A DNA stretch of 64,000 nucleotides from an uncultured Chloroflexia bacterium (lineage in GTDB: Bacteria; Chloroflexota; Anaerolineae; JAAYZQ01), in assembly GCA_963700285.1 (NCBI GenBank), contig CAVOXA010000001.1, forward strand, positions 1,728,001 through 1,792,000, read 5' to 3'. The notes below the pieces were generated by a model. The model was not told the origin of the DNA. It saw only the letters and a list, made by a program, of their open reading frames with translations, and did not search any database. Positions 1-10,515 of this stretch are shown one piece after another; position 1 is the first letter of the stretch; every line of letters begins with the position of its first letter. The position numbers were made by a program, and so were the translations under genes.

Positions 1-1224
1 ACGCAGCCCTTCAGGTTCGTCCGGCCGCAGTCCGGGGCCTGGTCCCCCCAGGGGTAGGTCCGGGCGTTGGTCCCGCGGGCCGCCTTCTCCCACTCGGCCT
101 CGGTGGGCAGGCGCTTGCCGGCCCAGGTGCAATAGTCGCGGGCGTCGTACCAGGACACCCAGATGACCGGATAGTCGGCGTAGGACGGGTTGCCATAGTA
201 GGAGGAGCGCGTATCGGATCCGTAGCTGGTGGGCGGATCGCAGGCGCCGGCAGCCACGCACTGGGCATATTGGACGTTGGTCACCTCGTACCGGTCGATG
301 GCGTAGGCGTCCAAGGTACACGGTGTGCACCGGCTGCTCGTCGCTGTCGCCGTCTTTGCTGCCCATGGTGAACTCGCCGGCGGGCACAGAGACCATGCCG
401 GCGGGCGGGCCGCTTGTTACCGTGACAAAATCCCAAACCGGCCCGGTGGTGGTCGCCCCCCGCGAATCCCTGGCCACCACCTGCCAGTCGTAGTGCGCAC
501 CCTCACCCAGCGCACCGGGGTCGCAACTGGCGCTGGCCACGTCGTTGCACATGAGCGTATCCGGCGTGCTGTCCCCAGCCTCCAGGTAGACGTCATAGGT
601 CACCGCATCGCCATCGGGATCGCCGCCGCTCCAGCTCAGCTTCACATTCACGCTCTGATCCGTGGCGCCGTCAGCCGGCGAGGGAGCCCAGGGGCTGGTG
701 GGCGGCTGGTTCGGGCGGTCCCTGCGGATCGTGGGCAGGTGTGCGCGGTGGATCATGGGAAAGGTGGCGCGCAGGGTGTAGGCGGACCTGTTATTGAAGC
801 CCGTGGGTGTAGTAGATATAGATGTAATAGGTCCCCGGCATCCCCGGTGTAGTCCAGGTGGTAGGGCGCTTCCAGATCAGCGGTCACCCGGTTGGCCGTC
901 GATTGGTAGAACAACTGCAATTGTACGTGCTGACCGGTGTGGTTGGTCAGGTCGACGGCGATCGGCGCCAGCCCGGTAGAGATGGATGGAAAAGTAGTCC
1001 TTCTCGTCGTTGGGATAGCCATAGTAGGTCCGGTGCGAGCGCAGCGGGCCGTTGGCCTGCTGGTAGCTGTTGTTGGGCTCGCTCTCCCACGGCCCCTCAA
1101 AGTAGGCCTGGCTGGCCGCCAGGGGCGCCTGGGACGCCGCCGGATAGGCCGGCACCCACCCCAGGGCCAGCAGTATGGTCATGGCCAGAATCGTTATCCC
1201 CATGGGCTTCATTGGCTGGCTCAC
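1..1224 (-). CDS. Secreted multidomain protein: signal peptide + PPC-like domain + Fn3-like domain + FGE-sulfatase (SUMF1) domain; frameshifted, runs off window edge
   Basis: ORF 877..1224 has a signal peptide and ESEPNN...ANGPL...DYF. Manual minus-strand reading gives [22 protein letters not shown] (~430-490), [13 protein letters not shown] (~360-396), [11 protein letters not shown], and [34 protein letters not shown]...YPWG (~45-175), the canonical FGE-sulfatase motifs. Several indels. Confidence 0.8.
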
Positions 1225-1261
1225 TCCTCCAGTTGTGCGCTATCGCCCCGCTGGGCAGTGC

Positions 1262-3130
1262 CTACGGCGGCGCCACCGTGGCCCCGCCACCCCCGCCACC
1301 CCCGCCTCCTCCCGAGCGCTTCCAGGTCAGCAAGCGCACGGCGCTGGCCGGACTGAGGGGCGTGCCCCTGGGCTTGCCCTGGGCGTCCTCCCCCGTCTTG
1401 AGCATCGCCCGCACCGACCAGCGGAACTCCCCATTCGTCGACAGGTCCGGCAGGTACTTGTGTTCGCTCATGGTCCAGCTCGTCCCTTTGGTCCAGGGCA
1501 CGTCGTCGGTCCAGGTGTCCCCTCCGTGGGGGTAGGTCACCGTGACGGCATAGAAGCCGTCGGCCGGCAACTGGCCCACCGGCGCCCATTCCAGGACGAT
1601 GGGCTCGTCCCCTGAAAACGCCTGGCCGCCGGCCGGGCCCCGCAGCACCGGTGCCGGGAACTCGTTGCCCGTCGACCGGGGTGGCTGCGTCCGCGTCGGC
1701 GGAGGCCGGGTCGACGGCGGCCGGGGCGCCGTTGCCGTTGGCGGTGCCGCTCTCGTCGCGGTGGCCGCCTGGCTAACCGTCGGCCTGGGCGTGCGCGTCG
1801 GCGCTAGCGTGCGGGTTGGTACTGCCATCTGGGTCGCCGTGTCGGCGGGCCGCTGGGTTGGCGCGTCGGTGGGTGGCGTCGTCGACGTTGGCTGTATCGG
1901 CGTTGGTGTTGGCTGGACGCGCGCCGGCGTCGCGCTCGGCGCCACGGCGGGCAGCGACGTCGGGTTCGGCGCGGCCCGCAGCGTTGCCGTCGGCTCCGGG
2001 GCCGGCCGGGTCGCCGTCGGCCTCAGCGTGGCCGTCTCGCCCGGCGGGTTCAGGGCCACTTCCAAGAGCTCGGTGGGCCGGCCCTGCTCCGTCCGTCCAT
2101 CTCTGCCGTTTCCCGTCATCAGGGCCAGCAGTCCCAGCAGGAGCAGCAGCGCCACGGCTACGCCGGCCAGGAACCAGGGCAGTTTTTTGCGATCCAGGCC
2201 CTCCCCCTGGGTCGGGAGAGGATCTGCCCTGCGACCCATCAACCTCGTCGGCGGCAGCGCGGCCGCACGGGCGGCGACGCCCAGGCCCGCAGGGCGGAGG
2301 GCAGCCTGGGCCAGTGCCCGGCGCATCTCCGCCGCTGACTGCCAGCGGTCCTGCTTTTGCAGGGCCATGGCCTTCAGCACCACGTCCTCCACGGCCGCGG
2401 ATACCTGGGCCCCGGGGTTGGCTTCCCGCAGGCCCGGCAGCGGCGCCCCGGCGCCCCGGTTCAGGGATTCCACCGGCGCCACCCCCGTCAGCAGATAGTA
2501 GAGCGTGCCGCCGACGCCATAGAGGTCGGTCCGGGCGTCGGTCTGCCCCCGCGTGGCGTACTGCTCCAGCGGCGCGAACCCCGGCGACAGGGCCAGCGCG
2601 CCGGTCATCGTGTGCTGGCCCTGTACGTACTCCTTGGCGATGCCAAAGTCGACCAGCATCGCCTTGCTGGCCTGTCCCTTGGGCCCGGCCGGCGTGACCT
2701 TGATGTTGGCCGGCTTTACGTCGCGGTGGATCACCGCCGGATCCTGGCTGTGCAGGTAGTCCAGCGCGTCCAAAACCTGGTCGGCCCAGGCCAGCGCCTG
2801 CGCCGAAGGCGCCGGCCCCTGCTGCTCCACCCGATCGGCCAGGTCGAGTCCCTCGACATAGTCCATGACCAGGTAGTAGCGCCCTGTCTGGGCGAAATAG
2901 TCGGTCACCCGCGGCAGGTGCGGGTGGTCGAGGTGGGCCAGGAAGCGCGCCTCGCGCTGGAACTGCTGCTGCGCCCTGGGCGAGACGTCCAGCGTCTCCT
3001 TGACGGCGCACAGCTTGTCCAGGCGCTGGTCGCGGGCCAGGTACACGGCCCCCATGCCCCCCTGGCCCAGCAGCCGCTGGATCTGGTACCGGTTTTGCAG
3101 GATGGTGCCTGCGGGTAGTAGGCTGGTCAT
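1262..3130 (-). CDS. Hanks-type Ser/Thr protein kinase 1 (kinase - TM - Pro/Thr linker - extracellular beta-sandwich)
   Basis: LGQGGMGAVY, AVKE, HRDVKPAN, DFGIA, FAPLEQ; TM LPWFLAGVAVALLLLLGLLALM; start placed at ATG 3130 inside ORF 1262..3187. Confidence 0.95.
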   Translation of the reverse strand: MTSLLPAGTILQNRYQIQRLLGQGGMGAVYLARDQRLDKLCAVKETLDVSPRAQQQFQREARFLAHLDHPHLPRVTDYFAQTGRYYLVMDYVEGLDLADRVEQQGPAPSAQALAWADQVLDALDYLHSQDPAVIHRDVKPANIKVTPAGPKGQASKAMLVDFGIAKEYVQGQHTMTGALALSPGFAPLEQYATRGQTDARTDLYGVGGTLYYLLTGVAPVESLNRGAGAPLPGLREANPGAQVSAAVEDVVLKAMALQKQDRWQSAAEMRRALAQAALRPAGLGVAARAAALPPTRLMGRRADPLPTQGEGLDRKKLPWFLAGVAVALLLLLGLLALMTGNGRDGRTEQGRPTELLEVALNPPGETATLRPTATRPAPEPTATLRAAPNPTSLPAVAPSATPARVQPTPTPIQPTSTTPPTDAPTQRPADTATQMAVPTRTLAPTRTPRPTVSQAATATRAAPPTATAPRPPSTRPPPTRTQPPRSTGNEFPAPVLRGPAGGQAFSGDEPIVLEWAPVGQLPADGFYAVTVTYPHGGDTWTDDVPWTKGTSWTMSEHKYLPDLSTNGEFRWSVRAMLKTGEDAQGKPRGTPLSPASAVRLLTWKRSGGGGGGGGGGATVAPP

Positions 3131-3189
3131 GGTAACTGACACTGAACCTTTCCGAGCGAGATGATGGTAGACGTAGTCTTTCCCCACTC

Positions 3190-4188
3190 CTAGTACTTGG
3201 CTTCCAGGGTATAGGGCTTGGTCAGATCGTCCCCAGCGAAGCGGTAGACCCGGATGTAGTGTTTTCCGCCTGACTCGGGTTTGAACTTGATAGACTCTCT
3301 TTCCCCTTTCCCTGCTGTACTCGATCCGGCGACCAGTTCCCTGTTGGCATCATATACCCACAAGTCCAGATCCAACGGCTCTGGTACTGTCAACGTGAGT
3401 TCGACTCGCTGGTTCTGAACAACGTTGATGTAGAAGTAGTCGCTCCTCTTGTCCTCCCCCCCTTGGCAGTACCCGACATAGGGCACATCTCGAGGTAGCG
3501 GCCCACACGCGGCAGTAAGCGTGTGGTTCGTAGCGCACGTAAAGTACGTTCGCATGACTGCCGGTACGAAGATGCTTTGCTTGACGACCACCTTGGGCGG
3601 CGTTTGATCACTGATCTCCAACGGTGTATTATCACCAACTCCTATTCTCGCTGTGTTGTCAAGTATTGTCTCGCCTACCGGCAGATCATCCAACCCGACG
3701 ACCTGCACCACGAACTTGAGCAGCACCGGCTCCGTCCCAACTTCGCCGTTCCACGTAAGCGTACCGGCGGGTGATTCTGTAAAGTCCTCGGACTGTTGGA
3801 AAGCGTAGAAGTTGCCCAGCACGTCGGTCACGGTAACACTGCCCATGAGCACGCCCGTATTGACGAGTTTGACGGTATATTCAACCAATGAACCCGGCGT
3901 TACTTGTTCGCCGCCTTTGTTGCTGGTTTTCGTTGAACTGCTCAGATTGGGATCTCGCCCGAAATCTGTACCCATCGCGATCAAGTCTCCACCCTTGGTG
4001 GCCGCAGTAGTGTATACCATGAGTGTGATTGCCTGACCTCGAGGAGTGGACATCTGCCCAGTATCCAGGTGTGTGGGTTGACTGGTACCTGCTGCCATCG
4101 CTGGAACTGCAGCGAAGCAAGCCACCACCAAAAAAGCCAGGATGTATTCCGCCAGGCTCCTGTTCAGATGGTCTCCTTTGCTTTTCAT
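3190..4188 (-). CDS. Secreted DUF11-like Ig domain + C-terminal PPC-like domain protein
   Basis: Signal peptide ending AMA; K..VTPGSLVEYTVKLVNTG..VTVTDVL (DUF11-like); DYFYI..LDLDLWVYD..YIRVY..Y.L (PPC-like); GGAGG RBS before ATG 4188; visibly AT-richer than its flanks. Confidence 0.75.
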   Translation of the reverse strand: MKSKGDHLNRSLAEYILAFLVVACFAAVPAMAAGTSQPTHLDTGQMSTPRGQAITLMVYTTAATKGGDLIAMGTDFGRDPNLSSSTKTSNKGGEQVTPGSLVEYTVKLVNTGVLMGSVTVTDVLGNFYAFQQSEDFTESPAGTLTWNGEVGTEPVLLKFVVQVVGLDDLPVGETILDNTARIGVGDNTPLEISDQTPPKVVVKQSIFVPAVMRTYFTCATNHTLTAACGPLPRDVPYVGYCQGGEDKRSDYFYINVVQNQRVELTLTVPEPLDLDLWVYDANRELVAGSSTAGKGERESIKFKPESGGKHYIRVYRFAGDDLTKPYTLEAKY

Positions 4189-4265
4189 TATGGCCCTCCG
4201 TCTTACTCGGAATTTCTTGCGCAACTCGATGGGAAGTGAGAGGTTCTAGTTCCTCAAGCAAGTCC

Positions 4266-5946
4266 TTATGGCCCCGGTGGGGCTTTGTTTTCCTCACTAT
4301 CTTTGCCATTGCCCCCACCACTAGTGTACTTGAACTTGCGTTTTGCTGCCCATTCGCCGGCTATCGTTGGCAGAACAGCTCGTTGTCAGCGCAGCCTTTG
4401 TGCACTACCACCACTGACCAGTAGTAGGTATCTGTCCCATACTTCTTGATGGCGGGTGCCTCCTGCTCAACTCAACCTGAGTTCGTACGCTGTTGTCGGT
4501 GGATGGCCCCCCGCCGTGGACGCCTAGGGGAAGACTGTCCTCGTCCTCGGCCAGATACGAAGGTCAAAGTAGTAGTCATCGGGCAGCGGCTCATCGTGCC
4601 CATCGCCACGCGAAGATCGGCGCGTACCCTCCAGCTCTGAATCGTTCGTCGGTTCTAGCAGCCCCGCAGCCGGGAACGGTACGTCGGCGTACTTGTCGGC
4701 TGGCGGTCCGCGCGTCGTGGGCTGCTGGGGCTCTTGTCGGCTGGCTTTGTGGCCGCAGTTGGTTCTGCGACCGTGGTCGGAATTAAGGTCGCTGTTGGCT
4801 CTCCCGGTGCCAGCTGCCTCTAGACCCGGCGAGCCTACCGGCGCCGGTGGGCACCGGCGTGTCTCGGCCAGTTGACGCGCCCTGGTCAACGGGTACCTTC
4901 AGCGGCGAGTGTAGCCGTGGGCGGGACGCCTGGACCTCCGGTACGTCGGATCGCCGGCAGCTGGCGCCCCGGTTTCGCCGCCTCGCGTAAAGAGGGTAGT
5001 AGATACCCAGGAGGATCAGCAGACCGCCAGCAAGACCCCCGCCACGGCCGCCATGGCCCAGGGCGCTCTGGATCAACGGCCGTTCCTGCGGCGCCGCCAC
5101 CACCGTCGGCACCCTGGACTCCCCGTCCGGGGCGCTGACAATCACCACGCCGATGTTGTCGCTGCCACCCCGCGAATTGGCCAGGTCGATGAGCAGGTCC
5201 GCCGCCTCCTCGGGCGGGTTCCGCCGCACCAGCTCCGCGATCTCTGGTCCTCCACGTGCCCGGTCAGGCCGTCGGTGCACAGGAAGAGGCTCTCACCCTC
5301 GTTCAGCGCTCCCTTCGAATATGTCCACTTCGACCGCAGGCTTGGCGCCCAGGGCGCGGGTGACCACGTTGCGCTGGGGGTGCTTTTTGGCCTGCTCGGG
5401 CGTCAGCAGCCCGGCCCGCATCTGCTCCTCCACCCAGGAGTGGTCGGTGGTGATCCGCTGGATCCCCTGCGGGCCGATGACATAGGCCCGGCTGTCGCCC
5501 ACGTTGGCCACGTACACCCTGCGCCCCAGGATGACGGCCGCTACCAGCGTGGTGCCCATGCCCGACTTGGATGGGTCGGACTGGGCCCAATTGTAGATCT
5601 TTTGGTTGGCGGCCCGAAAGGCGCGCGTCAGGCTGGTGGGAATGTCGTGGACGGCGTCGGGGTAATACTCCTGGCGGACCACCTCCACCGCGGCGCGGCT
5701 GGCCACCTCGCCCGCGCTGTGACCCCCCATCCCATCGGCCGCCATGTATAGCGCGCCCTTGCGCGCCAGCTCGTCCGGCTCCGGTGGGATGTAGTAATCG
5801 ACATAATCCTCGTTGTGGGGCCGGGAACGGCCGACGTCGGTCTTGGCGGCGACAGTCAGGTTCAGCGCCGGCTGACTGCCGGCCGGCCTGGGGGATTTGG
5901 CAGGTTCGGGCTTTGCCGGGGCCTGCGCCCCGCGGTTGCTGCTCAT
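4266..5946 (-). CDS. PP2C (Stp1/PstP-like) phosphatase 1 with TM and extracellular beta-sandwich; multiply frameshifted
   Basis: ORF 5293..5946 has TDVGRSRPHNED, ADGMGG, NVGDSRAY, DHS, TRALG. It continues in ORF 4783..5280 (GGSDNI, hydrophobic GGLLILLGIYY), then 4524..4889 (LPDDYYFDLRIW), then by manual reading YYWSVVVV...KFKYTSGGG...APPGP-TAA at 4266. Confidence 0.8.
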
Positions 5947-5986
5947 AAGCGCCTCCTTCGCTGCGGTGTCACGGCTGGAGAATCGA

Positions 5987-7615
5987 TCATGGCTCTGCGG
6001 TGGGCTGCAGCGTCACAGTTGGCTGCGACGTCGCACGTCCCTTGCTCTCAACGGGCACATAGCGGCCCTGGTCCAGCCGGTAGATCTTTTCCTCGGACAA
6101 CATCATCGGCCGAGCCCCATCTGCCGACACCCACCGGCCATGGGCCAGAATCGGCTCTCCCCTCTGTAGTTCGGGGTGAGCTTTGGTGTGTAAGGGGGTA
6201 TCGGGATACCCGCCGGCCGTGGCATACACCCAGACCGGTTCGCTCCGGCCAACCTCCTGAGCCTGATAGCCGCGCTCCCAGCTCGGATTCCACCACGCCC
6301 AGGTTGGCGGCCATTGTGTCCACAGGGGTTCCAGGAAATCGATCTGCTGGGCGACGACGGACCCCCTTGGTCCCTCCTGGTAGCCAAAGACCCAAACCCG
6401 CTTGCCCGGGAATTCCGTTGTGGCGTCCTGTTCCTCAAGGCTCACCAGAAAGGTCTCTGTGCCCATCCTCAACTGAAAATCGCAACCCCCGGATCTCTCC
6501 CGGCATCTCTGTGCCCGGCCCACCAGGAAGATCCCGCGCCGGGCGGGCCACAGGTCTGCCTCCCGCTGGTTCACCTCGTTCCCTTCCTGGGCCTCCATCG
6601 CCGCCACATCGTTGTAGCCCAGGCTGCTGGCAACTTGGGCCAGCGCCTCCTCGCCCAGCGAATCATAGTGCACAGGATGGGGTTGCGGGGCCGCCTGGGG
6701 CCCGGACCCCACTTTGCCCTGGGCCACCAGGACGGCAGCCGCCAGCGAGGCGATCAGACACAGAAACAAGAGAATGACCATACCCGCGGCCAGGGCCCGG
6801 TGCTCCCTCCCTCCGGCCTGGTCCGCGGCGACGCGCGGGCGGCCGAATAGACCGGTCCCGGGCTCAGCCTGCACCACCATGGCCGTGGCATTGTCTTTGC
6901 CGCCCAGCGTGCTGGCCTGGGCCACCAATTCGGCCGCTGCGGCGCCGGGCGGCTGGGCCTGGAGGATCTCGGCCATCTGCTTGTCCGAAAGCTCTCCGCT
7001 CACGCCGTCGGTGCACAGCAAGAGCGCATCTCCCTTGCGCAGCTTGCGCTCAAAGATGTCCACCTCCACCGTGGGCCGGATGCCCAGCGCCCGCGTGATC
7101 AGGTTGCGTTGGGGGTGCTTCTGGGCCTGCTCCCGGGTCAGCAGCCCGGCCCGAAACTGGGCCTCCACCCAGGAGTGGTCGACGCTGATCTGGGTCAGGC
7201 GCTTCCGGCGCAGCAGGTAGGCCCGGCTGTCGCCCACGTTGGCGATGGTCGCCTGGGGCCCCTTGCCCTGGAGGACGGCGGCCACCAGCGTGGTGCCCAT
7301 GCCGGCCAGGGCCGGATCGGCCTGGGCCCGTTCATAGACCTCCAGGTTGGCGACCTTGATGGCCCGCTCCAGGCTGTCGCCCACGCCGGGGCTGGTGTCC
7401 GCATAATAGGCCTCTTTCACCCGCTCCACAGCGGCCCGGCTGGCCACTTGCCCGGCCCTGTGGCCGCCCATGCCGTCCGCTACCAAAAAGAGCGCGCCCT
7501 TCTCCCGGCGCTGATCCTCATCCTCGGGCAGGCAAAAGCTGGTATAGTCCTCGTTTCTTTCACGCGTCGGCCCGGTGTCGCTCTTCTGGCCGATCTCCAA
7601 GTACGGTTCTGTCAT
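5987..7615 (-). CDS. PP2C phosphatase 2 with TM and large extracellular domain
   Basis: RERNED, VADGMGG, NVGDSRAY, LCTDG, GGKDN motifs; TM ALAAGMVILLFLCLIASLAAAVLVA; ~240 aa C-terminal domain of unknown family. Confidence 0.93.
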   Translation of the reverse strand: MTEPYLEIGQKSDTGPTRERNEDYTSFCLPEDEDQRREKGALFLVADGMGGHRAGQVASRAAVERVKEAYYADTSPGVGDSLERAIKVANLEVYERAQADPALAGMGTTLVAAVLQGKGPQATIANVGDSRAYLLRRKRLTQISVDHSWVEAQFRAGLLTREQAQKHPQRNLITRALGIRPTVEVDIFERKLRKGDALLLCTDGVSGELSDKQMAEILQAQPPGAAAAELVAQASTLGGKDNATAMVVQAEPGTGLFGRPRVAADQAGGREHRALAAGMVILLFLCLIASLAAAVLVAQGKVGSGPQAAPQPHPVHYDSLGEEALAQVASSLGYNDVAAMEAQEGNEVNQREADLWPARRGIFLVGRAQRCRERSGGCDFQLRMGTETFLVSLEEQDATTEFPGKRVWVFGYQEGPRGSVVAQQIDFLEPLWTQWPPTWAWWNPSWERGYQAQEVGRSEPVWVYATAGGYPDTPLHTKAHPELQRGEPILAHGRWVSADGARPMMLSEEKIYRLDQGRYVPVESKGRATSQPTVTLQPTAEP

Positions 7616-7653
7616 GGTTGCTCGTCATCTCCCATCGGCGCCGGCGCCGCCCC

Positions 7654-8907
7654 TCAAGGGGCTGGGCTCGGCGCGGATGGTGGTTCGGCCAACGGCGTTT
7701 CGGTGGTTATTGCCGTGGGTTCCGCTGTCGGCCGCGGCGTGGGCCGCGGTGTCCAGGTCGATGTGGCTGCCAGGGTGGCCGTGGGCTCCTTGGTGATGGT
7801 TGGCGTCTTTGTGATTGTCGGCGTACTCGTCGCTGTGTCAGTCAGGTTCACCGGCAGCACTGTTCCCTCGGTGCTTGCCGCTGCCGGCACCTCGCTTCCC
7901 GGCGCCATGCCGGGCGCAACCGGCTGATTGGAGAGCAATTGGGGCCAGAGCACCCAGCCTATCAGGGCCAGCAGGGCCAGCAACAGGGCCAGCGTGGCGC
8001 CCACCAGCACCAGGCGCGGCGCATAGCGCCGCCATGCCGACGGTCTCCGTGCGCCCTTACCCGCCCCATCCAGGACGCCCGACGCCACCGGATCGTGCTG
8101 GAGCATGGCCTGGATCAGCTCGCCGGCGGTGCGGAAGCGCGCTTCCGGTGGCTTGGCCAATGCTCGAAGGAGCGCCTGCTCCTGCTCCGGGCTGAGCTTG
8201 GGGTTGGCGTTCCGCGGCGAGGGCGGCGTCATCTCCAGGTGCTGGTTCAGCAGCACGATGTCGTGGTCGCCGCGCACCGGTGGCTTCCCGGCGATCATTT
8301 CGTACAGAACCACCCCCAGGGAATAGATGTCGCTCCAGGGACCCACCGGCCGGTCACCGGCCGCCTGCTCGGGCGAGGCATAGGTGGGCGTGCAGGCCTG
8401 GGTACAGGTGCCCTGGCGCTGGGCAATGCCAAAGTCGGCCAGGCTCGCCCGGCCTTTGCCGCTGATGAGGATGTTCTGCGGTTTTATGTCCAAATGAACC
8501 CAACCCAGGCTGTGGATGGCATCCACAGCCTCGGCCACCGGCTTGAGTAGCTTGGCCGCCGCTGCCGGATCGAACCGGTTTCTGCCTTCCTTGGCCCGCT
8601 GCAGCATGTGCCACAGCGAATCGGCCACATACTCCAGGGCCACAAAGAGGTTTCCCTCCGGCGTGCGGCCCACCTTGTACAACTGCCGGACGTTGGGCGT
8701 CCCCTCCTGGTTCAGGTAGGCCGTCAACCGCGCCTCGGCCTGGAACTTGGCATAGGTTTGCTCATCGCGGCGGTGCAGGACCTTCAGGGCCACGTACCGT
8801 TCCAGCGACTGGTCCCAGGCCTTGTAGACCACCGAATGGCGGCCCCGTCCCAACTCGGCAACGACCTGGTATTGGTCAATGGTGCGTCCGATCAGCGAGT
8901 TGGCCAT
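7654..8907 (-). CDS. Ser/Thr kinase 2, non-RD type (kinase - TM - Pro/Thr-rich tail)
   Basis: LGRGRHSVVY, VALK, HLDIKPQN, ADFGIA, YASPEQ, SDIYSLG; TM LVLVGATLALLLALLALIGWVLW. Confidence 0.92.
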   Translation of the reverse strand: MANSLIGRTIDQYQVVAELGRGRHSVVYKAWDQSLERYVALKVLHRRDEQTYAKFQAEARLTAYLNQEGTPNVRQLYKVGRTPEGNLFVALEYVADSLWHMLQRAKEGRNRFDPAAAAKLLKPVAEAVDAIHSLGWVHLDIKPQNILISGKGRASLADFGIAQRQGTCTQACTPTYASPEQAAGDRPVGPWSDIYSLGVVLYEMIAGKPPVRGDHDIVLLNQHLEMTPPSPRNANPKLSPEQEQALLRALAKPPEARFRTAGELIQAMLQHDPVASGVLDGAGKGARRPSAWRRYAPRLVLVGATLALLLALLALIGWVLWPQLLSNQPVAPGMAPGSEVPAAASTEGTVLPVNLTDTATSTPTITKTPTITKEPTATLAATSTWTPRPTPRPTAEPTAITTETPLAEPPSAPSPAP

Positions 8908-8922
8908 GCTCGTCTCTGCTCG

Positions 8923-10515
8923 CTATTCCCTGGCAGCCAGGTACAGGTCGGGGTTCAGGCCCGGCTGCCATGCTCCACGGCTGTGCGTCACGGCGCCGCT
9001 CTCCAGGGTGACCGTGTAATCATACTCGCCCGCGGGGAAATGGATGGTTCGCCTCTGGCCAGCCCTCAGGCTCCAGGGCCGGTCTCCGATCTCCAGCTCC
9101 AGGCTGTAGTCAGTGTCGTTGATGACCACCAGTTCGGCCAGGTTTCCTGTGGCTGTCCCCGGTGAGCTACTCGCGGGCCCGTCGCTGGCCTGCTGTCGAC
9201 CATCCTCTGTTCTGCCTGTGAGCTGAAGGGCGGCCGCAGCGATGACGAGCAGGACCAGCACAATGCCCCCGCCCAGCAGGGCGAGCGCGCAGGAGCGCGG
9301 GTTGGCGCGCAGCCTCCGCCACAGCCCCGAGAGCGGGAATGCCCTGGCTCCCGCTGGCCCTGGCCGCTCGCTGGTGGTATCCACGGCCACGACTGAGACA
9401 AACTTGGGTCCCAGGCGCACCTGATCTCCGGGCCGCAGCGTATAGGGATGGTTCGGGGCCAGCGGCTGGTTGTTGATGAACGTGCGATTGCGACTGCCCA
9501 GGTCCACGATCTGGCACCGCGCTCCCTGGCTCCGGATCTGGGCGTGATATCTGGAGATGAGGGTGTCCGGGATCTGGACCTGGTTATCAGATGCGCGCCC
9601 CAGGCCGACTATGCCAGCCAGCGGATATGCCCGGCCGTCGTTGGCGAGGAGCTTTAGCCTGGATTCGCCGCTCCGCGCCAGCTCGCCTGCAGGCTTGGGC
9701 AGCGCTGCTTGCTCCAGCGCCGCCGCCAACTGGCCCGCCGACCCAAAGCGCTTGCTGGGCCGCTTGGCCATGGCCCGCAGGATGACCTTTTCCACCCCGC
9801 GGGGCAGATCGGGCACCAACTGGCTGGGGGGTGTTGGATCCAACTGTACGTGGCTCTGCAACACCTTGTGCGACGAGGTCGCCTGGAAAGGCACCCGGCC
9901 CACCAGCAGCTCGTAGAGGACCACGCCCAGGGAATAGATGTCGGATCGGTAGTCGACCTGGCGCCCACTCGCCTGTTCGGGTGACATATATTCCGGGGTT
10001 CCGATGCGCACACCCTCTCCGGTGAGGTTCAGGCCCGCCGCGGCCTTGACGATCCCAAAGTCCATCAGCGTCACCCGGCCATCGGGAGCGATCATCACGT
10101 TGCTCGGTTTCACGTCCCGGTGAACCAGCTTGTGCTGATGGGCATAGTCCAGGGCGTCCGCCAGGGCGCGGATGATCTCCACGGACTTTTCCAGGCGGGG
10201 GGCTCCCCGCTGGCCGATCTCCTGCTGCAACGTACGGCCTGGCAGGAACTCCATGACGATATAGTGCGTCCCGCCCTCCTGGTCCACGTCGTAGATGGTC
10301 ACGATGTTGACGTGCTTGAGCTGAGCCGCAGTCTGTGCCTCCCGGTGAAAGCGCTTCACAAACTCATCGTCGGCAGCCAGCTCGTGCTTCAGGACTTTTA
10401 GCGCCACGGTACGCTGCAGGTCCGGGTGGTAGCCCTTGTACACCACCGCCATGCCGCCCTGGCCGAGTTGCTCGACGACCTGGTATTTTCTCAGAGCGCT
10501 GCCCACCAGACTCAA
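8923..10515 (-). CDS. Ser/Thr kinase 3 (kinase - FHA - TM - small extracellular domain)
   Basis: LGQGGMA, HRDVKPSN, DFGI, GTPEYMSPEQ; FHA GLGRASDN..ISRYHA..DLGSRNRTFIN; TM ALALLGGGIVLVLLVIAAAAL. Confidence 0.95.
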   Translation of the reverse strand: MSLVGSALRKYQVVEQLGQGGMAVVYKGYHPDLQRTVALKVLKHELAADDEFVKRFHREAQTAAQLKHVNIVTIYDVDQEGGTHYIVMEFLPGRTLQQEIGQRGAPRLEKSVEIIRALADALDYAHQHKLVHRDVKPSNVMIAPDGRVTLMDFGIVKAAAGLNLTGEGVRIGTPEYMSPEQASGRQVDYRSDIYSLGVVLYELLVGRVPFQATSSHKVLQSHVQLDPTPPSQLVPDLPRGVEKVILRAMAKRPSKRFGSAGQLAAALEQAALPKPAGELARSGESRLKLLANDGRAYPLAGIVGLGRASDNQVQIPDTLISRYHAQIRSQGARCQIVDLGSRNRTFINNQPLAPNHPYTLRPGDQVRLGPKFVSVVAVDTTSERPGPAGARAFPLSGLWRRLRANPRSCALALLGGGIVLVLLVIAAAALQLTGRTEDGRQQASDGPASSSPGTATGNLAELVVINDTDYSLELEIGDRPWSLRAGQRRTIHFPAGEYDYTVTLESGAVTHSRGAWQPGLNPDLYLAARE

